NCBI GenBank assembly: GCA_045546375.1
Contig: JAZQCR010000031.1
Span: 1 to 58,071 of the forward strand
DNA from: Eubacteriales bacterium
Lineage (GTDB): Bacteria > Bacillota > Clostridia > Oscillospirales > CAG-272
Reading direction: 5' to 3'
DNA: 58,071 nt
A program made the position numbers and the translations under genes. The notes under the pieces are model-generated. The model did no database searches and was not told the origin of the DNA. It was given only the letters and a program-made list of their open reading frames with translations. Below are positions 55,913-58,071 of the stretch, one piece after another. Positions within the stretch are counted from its first letter, which is position 1, and the number at the start of each line of letters is the position of its first letter.

Positions 55913-56649
55913 GTGAGGCTTATTCCGCCCTTGCACGTTGGTATGACGTGCTTGGCGACACCGTAGACTACGAGGGGTGGGCTGACAAGCTGACCTCTCT
56001 TTTCCCCGAGGGCGCAAGCCTTTTGGATATAGGCTGCGGCACTGGTAATATGACCCTGCCTTTAGCGCGCAGGGGCTACGATATGATAGGCGTAGACCTT
56101 TCCTGCGATATGCTGGCGGTTGCCCGCGAAAAGGCGATGGAGGCAGGACTGGATATCCTCTTTTTACAGCAGAATATGACCTGTCTTGACCTTTACGGCA
56201 CGGTGGACGGTGTTATCTGCGCCCTTGACGGTATAAATTATCTGCTGTCAGAGGACGAGCTGTACGCCTGCTTTGGCAGTGTGTATAAGTTTTTAAATCC
56301 CGACGGCAGGTTTGTCTTTGACGTGAATACACCCTATAAATTTCGTCATATTTACGGGGATAACCACTATATATTAGAGGATGAAGGGGTGTATCTCGGC
56401 TGGCGCAACGAGTACGACGAGGAAAGCGGCATATGCGACTTCTATCTCGATATGTTCTCGGAGGGGGAGGACGGCTCGTATGAGCGCACCTGCGAGGATC
56501 AGAGCGAGCGTTGCTACTCTGCAGATACACTTATTAAGATAGCGCAGGACTGCGGCTTTAAGGTAGAGGGCTATTACTCTACGCCCGACCGCAAAGAGCC
56601 TCGTGAGGACGACGAGCGCTGGTATTTCGTATTAAAAAAGGAAATTTAA
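55909..56649 (+). CDS. Class I SAM-dependent methyltransferase
   Basis: LLDIGCGTG, GVDLS, L.P.G.FVFD. Confidence 0.88.
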   Translation: MSEAYSALARWYDVLGDTVDYEGWADKLTSLFPEGASLLDIGCGTGNMTLPLARRGYDMIGVDLSCDMLAVAREKAMEAGLDILFLQQNMTCLDLYGTVDGVICALDGINYLLSEDELYACFGSVYKFLNPDGRFVFDVNTPYKFRHIYGDNHYILEDEGVYLGWRNEYDEESGICDFYLDMFSEGEDGSYERTCEDQSERCYSADTLIKIAQDCGFKVEGYYSTPDRKEPREDDERWYFVLKKEI

Positions 56650-57546
56650 ATGGCAAAATTACTTAGAGGCATGAGCCGTGACGGCAGTGCCAGGATACTT
56701 ATATTAAATTCTACCGATATAGTGAAGGAGGCGCACCGCCTCCACGGTACGGCACCTACCGCGACTGCCGCCCTCGGCAGGGTGCTGACGGGTGCATCCC
56801 TTATGGGCTGTATGTTAAAGGAGAAGAACGACACTCTGACCCTTAATTTCAAGGGTGACGGTATTGCAGGCGGCGTTATGGCTGTCTCCGACTACTACGG
56901 CAACGTAAAGGGCTTTATCGGCGAGCCTAAGGCGGATCTGCCCAATAAGCCTAACGGCAAGCTGGACGTTTCCGGCATTATAGGCGCAGGCTCCATGACG
57001 GTCATCCGCGATATGGGCGAGGGTGAGCCTCACGTGGGCGTCACCGAGATAGTCAGCGGGGAGATAGCCGAGGACATTACCTCTTATTTTGCTGAAAGTG
57101 AGCAGATACCCACCGTGTGTGCCCTTGGGGTTCTGGTGGATACCGACCACACCTGTCGTGCGGCGGGCGGTATAATGATCCAGCTTTTGCCCGGTGCAGA
57201 CGAGGAGACAATAGATATAATAGAGCGCAATCTGCCGAATATCGCAAACGTTTCAAAGCTCTTTGACTCGGGCTTATCCAATAAGGAGATCGCCAATATC
57301 GCTTTTGCGGATATTCCTTTCGACGTTTTCGACGAGCTTACCGTAGGCTATGAGTGCAACTGCTCAAGAGAAAGGATGGAGAAGGGTCTTATCACTCTCG
57401 GAAAGAAGACCCTTATGGACATTATCCGTGAGCAGCATAAGATAGAGACCCTGTGTCATTTCTGTAATAAGAAGTACCGCTTTGACGTAGACGATCTGGT
57501 GCGTTGGGCGGCGGCAGGAGCCTTCAAAAACGCAGAGAAAAAATAA
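56650..57546 (+). CDS. hslO: Hsp33 family redox-regulated chaperone
   Basis: TAALGR, GEIAED...SEQIP, CNC...CHFC zinc motif. Confidence 0.93.
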   Translation: MAKLLRGMSRDGSARILILNSTDIVKEAHRLHGTAPTATAALGRVLTGASLMGCMLKEKNDTLTLNFKGDGIAGGVMAVSDYYGNVKGFIGEPKADLPNKPNGKLDVSGIIGAGSMTVIRDMGEGEPHVGVTEIVSGEIAEDITSYFAESEQIPTVCALGVLVDTDHTCRAAGGIMIQLLPGADEETIDIIERNLPNIANVSKLFDSGLSNKEIANIAFADIPFDVFDELTVGYECNCSRERMEKGLITLGKKTLMDIIREQHKIETLCHFCNKKYRFDVDDLVRWAAAGAFKNAEKK

Positions 57547-57570
57547 TTTCAAAAAATTTGAAAAAAGGTG

Positions 57571-57599
57571 TTGACAAACTGAATGTGCTATGCTATAAT
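57571..57599 (+). promoter_or_regulatory. Consensus sigma-A promoter of the tRNA/5S cluster
   Basis: TTGACA-17-TATAAT with TG extension and AT-rich UP element. Confidence 0.85.
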
Positions 57600-57633
57600 A
57601 ACATCCGTCGCCGGCAAGAGCGGGTGACGAGAT

Positions 57634-57709
57634 GGGAGCATAGCTCAGCTGGGAGAGCATCTGCCTTACAAGCAGAGGGTCATAGGTTCGAGCCCTATTG
57701 TTCCCACCA
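57634..57709 (+). tRNA. tRNA-Val (TAC)
   Basis: Cloverleaf gggagca...tgttccca-CCA; anticodon arm ctgcc-TTACAA-gcag. Confidence 0.95.
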
Positions 57710-57713
57710 TTAT

Positions 57714-57790
57714 GGCCCGGTAGTTCAGTTGGTTAGAACGCTAGCCTGTCACGCTAGAGGTCAGGGGTTCGAGTCCCCTTCGGGTCGCCA
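57714..57790 (+). tRNA. tRNA-Asp (GTC)
   Basis: ggcccgg...tcgggtcg-CCA; anticodon arm ctagc-ctGTCac-gctag. Confidence 0.95.
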
Positions 57791-57822
57791 AATCCCCTTC
57801 GGCGGTAGACTGCCGGGGATAT

Positions 57823-57898
57823 GCCTCTGTAGCTCAGTTGGTAGAGCAGGGGACTGAAAATCCCCGTGTCGTTGGTTCGATTCCGACCGGAGGCACCA
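57823..57898 (+). tRNA. tRNA-Phe (GAA)
   Basis: gcctctg...cggaggca-CCA; anticodon arm gggga-ctGAAaa-tcccc. Confidence 0.95.
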
Positions 57899-57899
57899 C

Positions 57900-58017
<118 letters not shown>

Positions 58018-58023
58018 CAATAT

Positions 58024-58071
58024 GCGGATTTAGCTCATTTGGTAGAGCGCGACCTTGCCAAGGTCGAGGTG
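58024..58071 (+). tRNA. tRNA-Gly (GCC), truncated by window end
   Basis: gcggatttagctcatttggtagagcg-cgacc-ttGCCaa-ggtcg. Confidence 0.9.

Overview
Chromosomal window from a moderately GC-rich, probably spore-forming Clostridia-class bacterium, judged from SLH proteins, spoVG, a CotH operon, fhs and rubrerythrin. Family names below come from motif recognition; no database search was run. The left ~15 kb is accessory. It holds an M15B peptidase, a DUF2975/YozG-type pair with a perfect operator, REP-like palindromes, a deletion scar of a GHKL histidine kinase, a divergent XRE pair with twin operators, tandem SLH+YD-repeat surface proteins and a MATE-PHP-amidohydrolase/acyltransferase operon. The most striking element is a self-contained retron with no adjacent effector gene (14188-15351): an extended -10 promoter, a ~177-nt structured ncRNA closed by a1/a2-like inverted repeats, a 309-aa RT (NAxxH, YCDD, VTG) and a strong terminator. 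It is followed by an LTD-CotH/VTC/DUF4956 operon, SulP, a PP2C + Ser/Thr kinase pair, a Na/Pi transporter, an activase/dehydratase pair, two CobW-type GTPases and tandem DUF4091 (GH123-like) genes. The right part is mostly housekeeping (gap, hpf, fhs, tsaE, tsaB, rpiB, spoVG, murC, hslO), with an IS30 remnant and a tRNA cluster containing a stand-alone 5S rRNA gene.
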